Shown: positions 41,603-52,189, counted from the stretch's first letter. The stretch: 64,000 nt of DNA from an uncultured Paenibacillaceae bacterium (GCA_937957685.1 CALGAO010000031.1:6816-70815); one strand, 5' to 3'. The notes: generated by a model not told the origin, from the sequence alone. A program made the numbers and translations.

Positions 41603-41919
41603 TCGTACCAGTCCGTGCCGTCGTTCATATCCTCAGTTGCTTGGCCAAATGCCAAGCACCTAAGGCTGCTCAGCTGTGCTGTCGTTCACCTTCTCAGTTG
41701 TTTGACCTTGTGTTGACCGCATAAGACTGCCCAGCTTCGCCTCACTTCGCTTCGTACCAGTCCGTGCCGTCGTTCATATCCTCAGTTGCTTGGCCAGATG
41801 CCAAGCACCTAAGGCTGCTCAACTGTGCTGTCGTTCACCTTCTCAGTTGCTTGGCCGCGTGTTGACCGCATAAGGCTCCCCAGCCTCGCCTCACTTCGCT
41901 TCGTACCAGTCCGTGCCGT
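41603..41919. repeat. 149-bp tandem repeat (two full copies plus a partial) containing the polA 3' end
   Basis: TCGTACCAGTCCGTGCCGT at 41603, 41752, 41901; about 9 differences between full units; internal ~60-bp subrepeats. Confidence 0.9.
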
Positions 41920-44533
41920 AATTCACGTCCGCCTTCAGAGGCACATCCAGCTTGATCGCCGTCTCCATCACTTCCGGTACGAGCACCTTCATCCTCTCCA
42001 GCTCATCCTCCGGCACCTCAAACACCAATTCGTCATGCACCTGCAGGAGCATGCGGCTCCTCAAGCCTTCCTGCTTCAGGCGATCCGCGCACTTGACCAT
42101 GGCCAGCTTGATGATGTCCGCGGCCGTGCCCTGAATCGGTGTATTCATCGCCGTCCGCTCGGCGAAAGAGCGCAGATTGAAGTTCGATGCGTTGATGTCC
42201 GGCAGATAGCGACGGCGGTTCAGCAACGTGGATACATAGCCGTCGCGCTTGGCCGTCTTCACGATCTCGTCCATGTAGCGACGCACGCCCCGGAACACGC
42301 TGAAATATTGCTCGATGAAGGCAGCGGCTTCCTTGCGGGTGATGCCCAGATTCTGCGACAGGCCATAATCACTGATGCCATACACGATGCCGAAGTTGAC
42401 CGCCTTCGCCTGCCGGCGCATGTTGGCATCCACCCGGTCCGCAGGCACGCCGAACACGTCCATCGCCGTCTTCGTGTGGATGTCCATATCGTGATGGAAG
42501 GCCTCCATCAATCGTTCATCCTGGGAGATATGAGCCAGCACGCGCAGCTCGATCTGCGAATAGTCTGCCGCCAGGATGTACCAGCCCTCCTCCGAAGGAA
42601 CAAAGGCCCGGCGTATCTGACGGCCTTCCTCCAGGCGGATCGGAATATTCTGCAGGTTCGGATACTGGCTGCTCAGGCGGCCTGTGGCGGCGATCGTCTG
42701 CCTGTAGTACGTATGGATCTTGCCGGTATCCGGTCGGATCTCCTTGAGCAAGCCTTCCACATAGGTGGACTGCAGCTTCGTCAGCTGCCGGTATTGGACG
42801 ATATTGGCGGCGATCTCATGGTACGGCGCCAGGCGCTCCAGCACCTCGGCATCCGTCGAATAGCCGGTCTTCGTCTTCTTGATGACCGGCAGACCCAACT
42901 TGTCGAACAGGATCTCGCCCAGTTGCTTCGGCGAGCCGATATTGAATTCGGTGCCGGCCAAGGCGTAGATCTCCCGTTCGATCTGATGAATCTTGAGATC
43001 CAGATCCTTGCCGAACTGCTCCAGGGTCTCGGCGACGACCTTGATCCCAGTCAGCTCCATCTCCGCCAGGACGCCTGACAGCTTCAACTCCAGATCATAA
43101 TACAGTTCGCTCATGCCGGTGCTCGTCAGCTCATCATTCATCGGCTGCTTCAGGCGCCAGATCGCATTGGCCTTTCTTGCCAGATGCGCGCTATACACCT
43201 CGAGCTCCGGGATATGGAACTTGGCCCCTTTGCCGAAGATTTCCTCATCCTCCGCCACCGACGGCAGTCCATAGCGGCGCGTCAGATCCCCTATGCTCTG
43301 GTTGCTCTGCGTCGGATCCAGCACATACGCGGCCAGATGCACGTCGAAATCGACCCCTCGCAGCTGAATACCTCTCCAGGCAAGGGCCAGCTGGACCTTA
43401 TGCGCATCGTAGATCGTCTTGGGGGCGCGCTCATCCGCCAGCCAGCTGCGGATTGGTTCCGCTTCTGCGCTGATGAGCAGTTCATATGGCAGGAACGTCA
43501 CTCCGTCCTCCATATCGAAGGCGATGCCCAACACATCGCCGTGGTGCGGATTGTCTCCCGTCACCTCCACGTGGATGGCGCGAACATTGGGAAGATGATC
43601 GATCAGCTTCGGCAGGCCGGTAGCATCCGCGACCTGAATATTCAGTTCCGGCGCAGGCTCGTCGCTTCTTGCGGAAGAGATGTCGAGCTTCTCCAGCAGC
43701 GATTTGAACTCCAGCCGCTTGAACAGTCCCGCTACCTTGTCCACGTCCATGCCGTCGAATTTCATATCGTCCCAGGTATGGGTGAGCGGCACCTCCCGAT
43801 AGATCGTGGCCAACTGTTTGCTGAGCCGGGCATCATCCGCATGGGCCATGAGCTTCTCGCCAAGCTTGCCCTTGATGCTCGCTGCGTTCTCGAGCACGTT
43901 CTCGACACTTCCGTACTCATGCAACAGCTTGAGCGCCGTCTTCTCACCTACGCCCGGGACGCCCGGGATGTTGTCCGAAGTGTCGCCCATCAGGCCCTTC
44001 ATATCGATGATCTGGTGCGGTTTGAGACCGTATTTTTCCTGGATATAGGCTGGGTCATGTATCTCCATCTCGCTGATGCCCTTGCGGGTCACGGCGATCT
44101 TCACGTGGTCGGATGCAAGCTGCAGCATATCCTTGTCGCCGGTCACGACCAGCACGTCCATCTTCTCTTCGTCCGCCAGCCGCGTCAGCGTGCCGATGAT
44201 GTCGTCGGCTTCGTAGCCCTCCAGCTCGAACTGCGCGATGTTGAAGGCTGCGACCAGATCCTTGATGAGAGGCCATTGCTCCGACAGCTCAGGCGGAGTT
44301 TTGGCGCGACCGCCCTTGTAGTCCTGATAGTCGGCGTGGCGGAACGTCACCTTGCCTGCGTCAAAGGCGAACAGGAAGTGCGTTGGCTTCTCTTCCTCGA
44401 TCAGCTTCAGCAGCATCGTGGTGACGCCGTACACCGCATTCGTGTGCAGGCCCTCGGAATTGCTGAGCAGCGGCAATGCATAGAAGGCGCGATTGGCGAT
44501 GCTGTTGCCGTCGACGATAATCAGTTTGGACAT
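41891..44533 (-). CDS. polA: DNA polymerase I
   Basis: 5'-3' exonuclease N-terminus, ADYSQIELR, KAVNFGIVYG, LLQVHDEL. Confidence 0.98.
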   Translation of the reverse strand: MSKLIIVDGNSIANRAFYALPLLSNSEGLHTNAVYGVTTMLLKLIEEEKPTHFLFAFDAGKVTFRHADYQDYKGGRAKTPPELSEQWPLIKDLVAAFNIAQFELEGYEADDIIGTLTRLADEEKMDVLVVTGDKDMLQLASDHVKIAVTRKGISEMEIHDPAYIQEKYGLKPHQIIDMKGLMGDTSDNIPGVPGVGEKTALKLLHEYGSVENVLENAASIKGKLGEKLMAHADDARLSKQLATIYREVPLTHTWDDMKFDGMDVDKVAGLFKRLEFKSLLEKLDISSARSDEPAPELNIQVADATGLPKLIDHLPNVRAIHVEVTGDNPHHGDVLGIAFDMEDGVTFLPYELLISAEAEPIRSWLADERAPKTIYDAHKVQLALAWRGIQLRGVDFDVHLAAYVLDPTQSNQSIGDLTRRYGLPSVAEDEEIFGKGAKFHIPELEVYSAHLARKANAIWRLKQPMNDELTSTGMSELYYDLELKLSGVLAEMELTGIKVVAETLEQFGKDLDLKIHQIEREIYALAGTEFNIGSPKQLGEILFDKLGLPVIKKTKTGYSTDAEVLERLAPYHEIAANIVQYRQLTKLQSTYVEGLLKEIRPDTGKIHTYYRQTIAATGRLSSQYPNLQNIPIRLEEGRQIRRAFVPSEEGWYILAADYSQIELRVLAHISQDERLMEAFHHDMDIHTKTAMDVFGVPADRVDANMRRQAKAVNFGIVYGISDYGLSQNLGITRKEAAAFIEQYFSVFRGVRRYMDEIVKTAKRDGYVSTLLNRRRYLPDINASNFNLRSFAERTAMNTPIQGTAADIIKLAMVKCADRLKQEGLRSRMLLQVHDELVFEVPEDELERMKVLVPEVMETAIKLDVPLKADVNYGTDWYEAK

Positions 44534-44904
44534 GCGAACACCTCGTCCCGATAATTCTTCACTAGTCACATCATAGCATAGCGCAACCGCATATAAAAAT
44601 GCTTGTGGAATCTTTTTTTATGGCCGCTTCCGCTGACCTTCCGGGCGGATCGCGCATAGGCTAATAAGGAGGAAACAAGACAGCTGCGGACCGGTCAGAT
44701 CAACTGCTCAGGATCTGCATCAACGTCATCATCGTGTATCCCCTGGTCAGCTCCCTGCTCTATCACGGTCGCGAACATCAGTGGAGGAGGACAACACGGT
44801 TGCGGGCATCGGAGAAGGAGGATAACACAGTTCCGAGTGAAGAAGGACTATCCCCGCCAGGCTTACATACCCCACTACAGAGAGTGAAAGGCAGGAAAAG
44901 GATC

Positions 44905-45645
44905 ATGTCCGAGCAGAAGACCAACAGGAAGAAGGTCATTTTCTTCGACCTGAACGGCACGCTGATCAAGCGCAAGAAAAGCGCCGCCCAGGCATTCAGG
45001 GAGGCGCTCGCCCCTTATCTGGATCGCTGGGATTCCGATGACAAGCCATCGCTCATCAACAAGGCCTGCAAGATCTACAGCCATGCGATCCGCCAATTCA
45101 AGAAGAAATCCGCAGCCGAGGTGGATGAAAAGATCCGGAAGGCGGCTATCAAACGTGCCATCGCCAATCTTCCGCTGTCAAGAGACGACGCAGTCATCTC
45201 GAGCATCGATCGGGAGCTGCAGCTGATCATGAGCGACAAGCAACGTTTCGATCGCAACCACCTCCTGGTGCTCAAAAAACTCAAAAAACACTACAAACTC
45301 GCATTGATCACGAACGGCAGCGAGAGCGTCATCCGCCACAAGGTCAAGCGCTATCGCCTCTCCCCTCTGATCTCGGATCAGGCCATCTTCGTCTCATCAA
45401 AACTTGGCAAAGGCAAGGGCAAGCCGGATCCTGCCATCTTCCGCCACGCTCTCTCCAGGATGAAGGTGAAACCCGAAGAGGCGGTGATGGTTGGCGACTC
45501 ATGGAAGCAGGACATCGAAGGCGCGGTCCGATGCGGAATCGATGCCGTATGGGTGAACCCTTCCGAGGAGTTCGCGCCTGTTCAGGAAAGCCGCGCTCAC
45601 GTGATCGTCATCCGCGACATCAGCGAACTGGAGGACATTTATTAA
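44905..45645 (+). CDS. HAD-superfamily hydrolase (IA)
   Basis: FFDLNGTL, LITNG, KPDPAIF, VGDSWKQDIEGA. Confidence 0.85.
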   Translation: MSEQKTNRKKVIFFDLNGTLIKRKKSAAQAFREALAPYLDRWDSDDKPSLINKACKIYSHAIRQFKKKSAAEVDEKIRKAAIKRAIANLPLSRDDAVISSIDRELQLIMSDKQRFDRNHLLVLKKLKKHYKLALITNGSESVIRHKVKRYRLSPLISDQAIFVSSKLGKGKGKPDPAIFRHALSRMKVKPEEAVMVGDSWKQDIEGAVRCGIDAVWVNPSEEFAPVQESRAHVIVIRDISELEDIY

Positions 45646-45930
45646 AAAAATAGACGGATGCGTTCACTCTCACGCACATGGAAGGGCATGCGCGATTCAG
45701 GAAGCATGTGACGGCATGAATATCGCTACACGGGCGGATGAAGAGCCTTATCCGACAACAGAAAAGGCGGCCACTTGCAAGAGGACTCCGTGGCAGGGAG
45801 TTCTTTTTCTATCTTTCATTAGTTCACAAAATGTATCATAATTAGATTGACGTTACATTTAGTAGCATGATGTTGCATCGACATGTCGAAGACATTCGCA
45901 GTAACGAATGACGAAGCATGAGGTGATGAT

Positions 45931-47706
45931 ATGAGGAAGCGAAGACCTTTCATCAGTATCTCGTCGAAGCTCATCTTCATCTTCTCGTGCATCATCATCG
46001 TGCCCGTGACGGTGATGTCGATCAACTCCTATGTGTCGTCACAGCGACTGCTGGAGAGGAAATATACCGATCTATTGTTGGATATCGCGAAGCAATCGAA
46101 TATTCGGATCAGCGAATACCTGAAAGAGATCGAGAAGATCACCCTCGTGTCGAGCTACGGCATGAATCGTTACTCTTCCCTCGTCTATCAGGAGGAATAT
46201 CCGATCCAGGATTTCCTGCACTACAGCAATGACGAGAGCGAGAACATCACGTATCGCGTTCTGATGAACTATATCCTGATGAAGGATCGGCTGTTCTCCA
46301 TCTATATCTACAGTCTCAACGGCGGACGCGACATGTTCGTCCATTCCACCGAGCCGATCGACTATTCGTATCGGCCGCTCCAGGAGCCGTGGTTCCGGGA
46401 GTTTCTCGCATCTGACAGGAAAGTGGTCATCCTCGATCCCCAGGTGGACAAGCAGATTCGGAACAAAAACAAGTACGCCGTCCTCCATGCGCGCAAAGTA
46501 TTCGACATGTCCAACGGCAGGCTGCTCGGCGTCATGGTGGCCAGCATCGACATCAACTTTATCGGACTGTTCACCAACCGTCTGCAGGAGGGCCTGCGCA
46601 CCAATTTTACGATCGTCGACCAGCACAACCGCATCATCTATCATGCCAATTCCCAGTTGATCGGGCGGTCGTTCCACGACATCATGCCGTTTCGCGATGA
46701 GAAGGGCATCACGCAAGCCTGGGGGGAGGACTATCTCGTCGTCCGGAGCCCGTTTGAAGAGCTGCCGTGGACAACCTATCTGTACACTCCGCTCAGCGAG
46801 ATATCGGCCGAGGGGGCGATCCTGAAGCAGAACATGTTCATCCTCGCCGGACTGATCCTCGTGTTTGCTTCTTTCACCTCCATCTTCCTGTCCACGGTTA
46901 TCGCGCGACCGATCAAGAAGCTGATGCGAAACATCACGCTCGTGGAGAAAGGGATGTTCGACAATCTTCCCGTGATCGACTCCAACGACGAGATCGGAGA
47001 ACTGTCACGCCGCTTCAACAGGATGTCTTCCGAACTGAAGCAACTGGTCTCGCGAATACAGAAAGAGGAAAAAGAAAAGGCGATGGCAGAGATCCGGGCG
47101 CTGCAATCCCAGATCAATCCGCACTTTCTGTACAACACATTGGGTTCCGTCAAATGGATCGCATCCATGCAGAAGGCGGACAAGATCGTGGAGATGACGG
47201 AGGCCCTGATCTCCATCCTCCGGTACACCGCCAAGCTGGAGAGTTCCATGGTCACCCTTCGTGAGGAGATTGACAACATCCGGAACTACATCATCATCCA
47301 GAATGTTCGCTATTACAACCGAATCCAGCTGCAGATCCAGGTCGATGACAGCCTGCTGGGGAGCAGGATGCCGAAGCTCATCCTGCAACCGATCGTGGAG
47401 AATGCGATCTTCCATGGCTTCGCGGAATTGGAGGATGAAGGCATCATCACCGTACGCGCGCACAGATATGACGAAGGGATACAGATCGAAATCTCGGATA
47501 ACGGCGCGGGAATCGATCCCGCCACGGCTGAGTGGCTGAACCGGGAGCTGCGTTCGGCTGAGAACATCCAGACGTCGGGGATCGGACTGCCCAACGTGCA
47601 GAGACGCATCCAGCTTCATTACGGAGATCGCTACGGCATTGGCTTTCACAGTGCGCAGGGTCAGGGGACCACGTTCGTGATCACGCTGCCTGATATTCAG
47701 GACTAA
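45931..47706 (+). CDS. YesM-type sensor histidine kinase (Cache, HAMP)
   Basis: Two TM; LQSQINPHFLYNTL; LQPIVENAIFHG; GIGLPNV. Confidence 0.93.
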   Translation: MRKRRPFISISSKLIFIFSCIIIVPVTVMSINSYVSSQRLLERKYTDLLLDIAKQSNIRISEYLKEIEKITLVSSYGMNRYSSLVYQEEYPIQDFLHYSNDESENITYRVLMNYILMKDRLFSIYIYSLNGGRDMFVHSTEPIDYSYRPLQEPWFREFLASDRKVVILDPQVDKQIRNKNKYAVLHARKVFDMSNGRLLGVMVASIDINFIGLFTNRLQEGLRTNFTIVDQHNRIIYHANSQLIGRSFHDIMPFRDEKGITQAWGEDYLVVRSPFEELPWTTYLYTPLSEISAEGAILKQNMFILAGLILVFASFTSIFLSTVIARPIKKLMRNITLVEKGMFDNLPVIDSNDEIGELSRRFNRMSSELKQLVSRIQKEEKEKAMAEIRALQSQINPHFLYNTLGSVKWIASMQKADKIVEMTEALISILRYTAKLESSMVTLREEIDNIRNYIIIQNVRYYNRIQLQIQVDDSLLGSRMPKLILQPIVENAIFHGFAELEDEGIITVRAHRYDEGIQIEISDNGAGIDPATAEWLNRELRSAENIQTSGIGLPNVQRRIQLHYGDRYGIGFHSAQGQGTTFVITLPDIQD

Positions 47707-47727
47707 CCATGGGAAGGAGGCGATGCC

Positions 47728-49347
47728 ATGTTAAAACTGATGATCGTAGATGATGAGTTACTGATGCGCATCGGACTGAAGTCGATGATGGAATGGGAGA
47801 GGTACGGGTTTCAGATCGTCGGGGAGGCTTCGAACGGAAGAGAGGCGCTGGAGCTGGCGCTTGCTGTCATGCCTGATCTCATCATCTCGGACATCAAGAT
47901 GCCCGTGATGGACGGCCTCGCGATGATACGCGAGCTGTCGCCCAGGCTGCCGCGCTGCCAGTTCGTCATCTTCAGCAACTTCGATGACTTTCACCTGGTC
48001 AAGGAAGCGCTGCGGCTCGGTGCGAGTGACTATCTGATCAAGAGCGAGATCCGGCATGAGATGCTCGCTGAAGTCTTAAATCGCATACGCCAGAAGCTGG
48101 AGAATGATGGGAGAATACCGCAGGCGCTGTTTGCATTGCCGGATTATACACAGAGTTTGACCTATCTGAAGGAGAACCTGTTTAAAGAGACGATCAGCGG
48201 TCTGGCCAGCAAGGAGAAATTCGAGGCGTTGCGGGAACAACTGTATATTCGCTTGCAGCCGGAGCCCTTCGTCGTGATCAAGATGATGATCGACCGGTTT
48301 GACCAGGTGAAGAAGAAGTATGTGGAGAAGGACGAGAAGCTGCTGCGCTTCTCCATCGTGAATATCGTCGAGGAGATCACGCTGCCCAAGCGAGACAAGG
48401 AAGTGGTGGTCGAAAGCTCCTCGGAATATCTGCTGTTCCTCAATGTTCAGCATGAGGAATCTGAGCAGGCAAGAGCCCAACTTCTCAAGCTGTGCCAGAG
48501 GCTGCTGCGCACCGTGAACGATTTTATGAACCTGTCCATATCGCTCGGCATCAGCAGCATGGTGCAAGGTTATTCTTACATCCGGCTGGCCTATAACGAA
48601 GCGGATATTGCTGTAAGACGTCGCTTCTATGAAGGGGCGGGCAGCATCATCTTCTTCGAAGACCTGTCGCGGGAGCCGGCGCGAGACGGCCGTCAGATGC
48701 CGCTCACCCGCGTCCACGCGGAACAGTTTCAGCATGTGATGGACAGCGGCAACCGGGCCGGGCTGACGGCTTTCCTGTCCACCGTCCGGCAGGTGTTGCA
48801 CAAGGCACGATCCGACGAGGAAACCGTGCGCCAAACGTATCTCTACCTGCTGGAGATTGCGAATGCGACGTTCTATGTCGGATCACTGGCCCACGGATCA
48901 CCCAGCATCCCCCCGTATGAAGCGATCCTGCATGCGGAGACATGGGAGGATATGGAGAACGTGCTTGCCGAGCATGTCCTGGCGTGCATGGAGGCGGAGC
49001 AGGACGATGCCTATCGCTCTTACACGGATATGGCGATCGAGCTCATCAACCGGTATTATGCGGAAGATATTTCCTTGCAGAGCGTGGCCAGTCAGATCAA
49101 TGTGAACGCCTCGTACCTGAGCCGCATCTTCAAACAGGAAACCGGAGAAAACTTCACCGCTTACCTGACACGCATCCGCATCGAGAAAGCGAAGCACTAT
49201 CTGGCCAGCGGACGCCTGCGCGTCTCTGAAGTGGCGCACAAGGTCGGCTACCACAACTACACGTACTTCAGCAAGATATTCAAGAAGGTGGTCGGCATGA
49301 GCCCGGAAGATTATCGAGCCAAGGTCTGTTCGACGACGACGCCGTGA
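47728..49347 (+). CDS. YesN-type response regulator (REC + AraC HTH)
   Basis: IVDDE, SDIKMPVMDG, YLSRIFKQETG, YFSKIFKKVVG. Confidence 0.93.
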   Translation: MLKLMIVDDELLMRIGLKSMMEWERYGFQIVGEASNGREALELALAVMPDLIISDIKMPVMDGLAMIRELSPRLPRCQFVIFSNFDDFHLVKEALRLGASDYLIKSEIRHEMLAEVLNRIRQKLENDGRIPQALFALPDYTQSLTYLKENLFKETISGLASKEKFEALREQLYIRLQPEPFVVIKMMIDRFDQVKKKYVEKDEKLLRFSIVNIVEEITLPKRDKEVVVESSSEYLLFLNVQHEESEQARAQLLKLCQRLLRTVNDFMNLSISLGISSMVQGYSYIRLAYNEADIAVRRRFYEGAGSIIFFEDLSREPARDGRQMPLTRVHAEQFQHVMDSGNRAGLTAFLSTVRQVLHKARSDEETVRQTYLYLLEIANATFYVGSLAHGSPSIPPYEAILHAETWEDMENVLAEHVLACMEAEQDDAYRSYTDMAIELINRYYAEDISLQSVASQINVNASYLSRIFKQETGENFTAYLTRIRIEKAKHYLASGRLRVSEVAHKVGYHNYTYFSKIFKKVVGMSPEDYRAKVCSTTTP

Positions 49348-49378
49348 ATTTCCTGACCGATACCGAAGGAGGGATCGG

Positions 49379-50653
49379 ATGAACAGAATGAGAGGGTGGT
49401 TCATGCCAGCGGGGGTCGGCTTGCTGTTCATCATGCTGACAGCATGCGTACACCCCGATGTTCCCGCAAGCGATATGGCCGAGCAGGAGACGGAGCCCAT
49501 CGTCCTGAGATACTCCAGTTTTCTCCTCGATTCCGCGCAGGCGGGCGACGTGTATCACAACGCGGTGGCGGAGTTCGAGGCGCAGCATCCGCACATTCGC
49601 ATCGACCGGGACTTTATCCCGAACACCAATTATACGGCGGGCATCAAGACGCGGCTGCTTGGCGGAGAGAAGCTCGATGTATTCGACGTCTGGTCTCCCA
49701 GCCTGTTCGAGGAGTTTCGCAAGCTCGGTGACGTCTACCTGGACTTGAGCGGCGAGCCGTTTCTGGATGAATTCCTGTCTTCCTCGTTGGAACCGGTTAC
49801 ATTCGACGGCAAGGTGTACGGCGTTCCGGAGGTGATGCACAGCGACGGACTGCTCTATAACCGTACGCTGTTCGAAGAACTGGGCCTGAGCGTTCCCCGG
49901 ACATGGGACGAATTTATCGAGGTGTGTGAGGCGCTCAAAGCCAGAGGGATCATACCGATCGCCTTTGATTCCGAATGGTGGGGACCGCAATTTTTCTTCG
50001 GCTCGATCATGTCCAATAACGGCGCGGATGCGGCCTGGACCGAGAAGCTGGAGCGCGGTGAAGTGACGGTGCGCGATCCGATCTTTGTCGATGCGATGAT
50101 GAAAACGAGAGAGCTGATCGACAGGGGGTATGTTCCGCCGGACTGGCTGAGCCTGAGGCGCGAGCAGACGAAGGATATGATCGGAGCAGGGAAAGCGGCC
50201 ATGATGATCGCTGGCACATGGGACATGCCGAGTGTCATCGCCCGCAATCCGGATTATGACATCGATTTTATGATGGTGCCGGGAACGGACAGGACCGTTC
50301 CGAACATCAACATCGGGACGTATCGGGTGATCTATGCCGGGACGGAATATCCGGAGGAGGCGAAGCTGTTCGTGGCGTTCATGAACGGCAGGGCGAATCA
50401 GGAGAAACTGGCCCTTGGCGCGCTGGCGGTGCCTTCGGTGAAGGATTACCGGGTGAATCATCCGATCGTCGAGAAGATTGCGGCGGTCGTCACCCGTGAG
50501 GACGCGACCTTGTACTGGCCGCATACGGTATCCACCGAATCGCTGCAGGTGAGCATCCTGGAAGGAGTGAATCAATATCTGGTCGGCGCCGAGCTGGAGG
50601 CGGCACTCGACCAGATCCAGGCGGCGATCGATCAGGCGAGATTCAGAAGATAA
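49379..50653 (+). CDS. Sugar-binding lipoprotein encoded with the two-component system
   Basis: Lipobox MLTAC; LLYNRTLFEELG, PRTWDE, GKAAM family-1 SBP motifs. Confidence 0.88.
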   Translation: MNRMRGWFMPAGVGLLFIMLTACVHPDVPASDMAEQETEPIVLRYSSFLLDSAQAGDVYHNAVAEFEAQHPHIRIDRDFIPNTNYTAGIKTRLLGGEKLDVFDVWSPSLFEEFRKLGDVYLDLSGEPFLDEFLSSSLEPVTFDGKVYGVPEVMHSDGLLYNRTLFEELGLSVPRTWDEFIEVCEALKARGIIPIAFDSEWWGPQFFFGSIMSNNGADAAWTEKLERGEVTVRDPIFVDAMMKTRELIDRGYVPPDWLSLRREQTKDMIGAGKAAMMIAGTWDMPSVIARNPDYDIDFMMVPGTDRTVPNINIGTYRVIYAGTEYPEEAKLFVAFMNGRANQEKLALGALAVPSVKDYRVNHPIVEKIAAVVTREDATLYWPHTVSTESLQVSILEGVNQYLVGAELEAALDQIQAAIDQARFRR

Positions 50654-50809
50654 CCGGATGCCGATTATGGAGCGCACATCAGCTCGGGAACCAGCATGTT
50701 TCACGCATGTTTCGCGCATGCGTTTTTTTGTTTTATGCAAAAAAAAGCATATAGCCGGTAAAAATATGGCAAATTCGACATGCCGGACCCGGCCGCCCCC
50801 CGGAAGCTG

Positions 50810-50874
50810 GTAAAGAAAGCAACAATGGTTGTAAAAAACGATGATAGAGCAAAGGCAAGTTCCTGTTCTATCAT
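50810..50874 (+). promoter_or_regulatory. Activator-dependent promoter: 37-bp direct-repeat operator plus -10 box
   Basis: GTAAAGAAAGCAACAATGGTTGTAAAAAACGATGATA-22nt-TATCAT; 28/37 identical to 59636-59672. Confidence 0.75.
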
Positions 50875-50911
50875 GTGGGGGACAATGGCAAATTCATTAT
50901 GGAGGATGGTC

Positions 50912-52189
50912 TTGATGAAGCAACGATGGTTGGTCGGACTTCTGGCATTATTGCTGGCATTGATGATGGCCGCCTGCAGTTCGGGCGGCAACGCGGGAAA
51001 TGGTGATGCTGGAGACAAAGGCGGTGATTCAAGCAAAAAAGCGACGCTCCGATTCGCATTGTGGGATTCCAATCAGGCGAAAGGCTTGCAAGTGATGGCC
51101 AATGAGTTCATGGAAGACAATCCGGATATGAACATCCAGATCGAGGTCACCGGCTGGATGGACTACTGGACGATGCTCGAAGCGGGAGCCACGGGCGGTT
51201 CATTGCCGGATGTGTTCTGGATGCACTCCAATGAGATCTATCGTTACGCATCCAACGGGATGCTGCTGGATCTGACGGACCGGATCAACAAGAGCAGCAA
51301 GGTCGACCTGAGCAAGTTCCCGCAAGGGATCGTCGAAATCTACAACCATGAGGGCAAACAGTATGCGGTGCCGAAGGATTTCGACACGATCGGACTTTGG
51401 TACAACAAGAAGCTGTTCGATGAAGCGAATCTCGCATACCCGGATGAGAACTGGACCTGGGATGATCTGTACAATGCGGCGAAGGTATTGACGAAAGACG
51501 GCGTGTACGGCTTCCTCGCAGCGTTCCATAACCAGGAGGGGTATTACAACTTCGTCTATCAAAATGGCGGCACGATCATCACGAAGGACAAGAAGTCGGG
51601 CTACGATGATCCGAAGACGATTGAAGCCCTGGAATTCTACGTGAAGTTTATCCGCGACGGTCTCTCGCCGCAAATATACGGCGACGCGGAACGCGCCGAG
51701 GCGCTGCAAAACGGCCTCGTGGCGATGGGACTGTTCGGTTCGTGGAACCTGTCCGGATTCACGGCGAATGAATTCATCTCGGAGAACTTCGATGTAGCCG
51801 TCCTGCCGAAGAATACCCATCGGGCCTCGATCTACAACGGTCTGGGCTATGCGATCGCGCATAATACGAAGTATCCGGATGAAGCGTGGAGGTTCGTCGA
51901 ATATCTCGGTTCGAAGGAAGGTCAGGAGAGACAGGCGGAACTCGGCGTTGCGATCTCCGCGTATGAGGGCACGGCCGAGAAATGGATCTCCTCCAACGAC
52001 AAGTTCAATGTGAAAGTCTTCGTCGATATGGTCGATTACGGTGTCATCAGGCCTTACTCGAAGACGACCGCAGTATGGGAAGACAAGGCGTATGAAGCCT
52101 TAAGACCTGCCTTTACAGGCGAAATATCGGTTGAAGAAGCGGCTCGGAATGCGGCCAGAATCATGAATGAAAGCCTGGCAACCGAATAA
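50912..52189 (+). CDS. Carbohydrate ABC transporter substrate-binding lipoprotein
   Basis: SD GGAGG; lipobox MMAAC; LPDVFWM, LWYNKKLFDEA, WTWDDL. Confidence 0.92.
   Translation: MMKQRWLVGLLALLLALMMAACSSGGNAGNGDAGDKGGDSSKKATLRFALWDSNQAKGLQVMANEFMEDNPDMNIQIEVTGWMDYWTMLEAGATGGSLPDVFWMHSNEIYRYASNGMLLDLTDRINKSSKVDLSKFPQGIVEIYNHEGKQYAVPKDFDTIGLWYNKKLFDEANLAYPDENWTWDDLYNAAKVLTKDGVYGFLAAFHNQEGYYNFVYQNGGTIITKDKKSGYDDPKTIEALEFYVKFIRDGLSPQIYGDAERAEALQNGLVAMGLFGSWNLSGFTANEFISENFDVAVLPKNTHRASIYNGLGYAIAHNTKYPDEAWRFVEYLGSKEGQERQAELGVAISAYEGTAEKWISSNDKFNVKVFVDMVDYGVIRPYSKTTAVWEDKAYEALRPAFTGEISVEEAARNAARIMNESLATE

Noticed and set aside
41603-41919. CRISPR array interpretation of the regularly spaced repeats
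   Set aside because: The intervening sequences are near-identical copies rather than unique spacers, the repeat is polA coding DNA, and there are no cas genes
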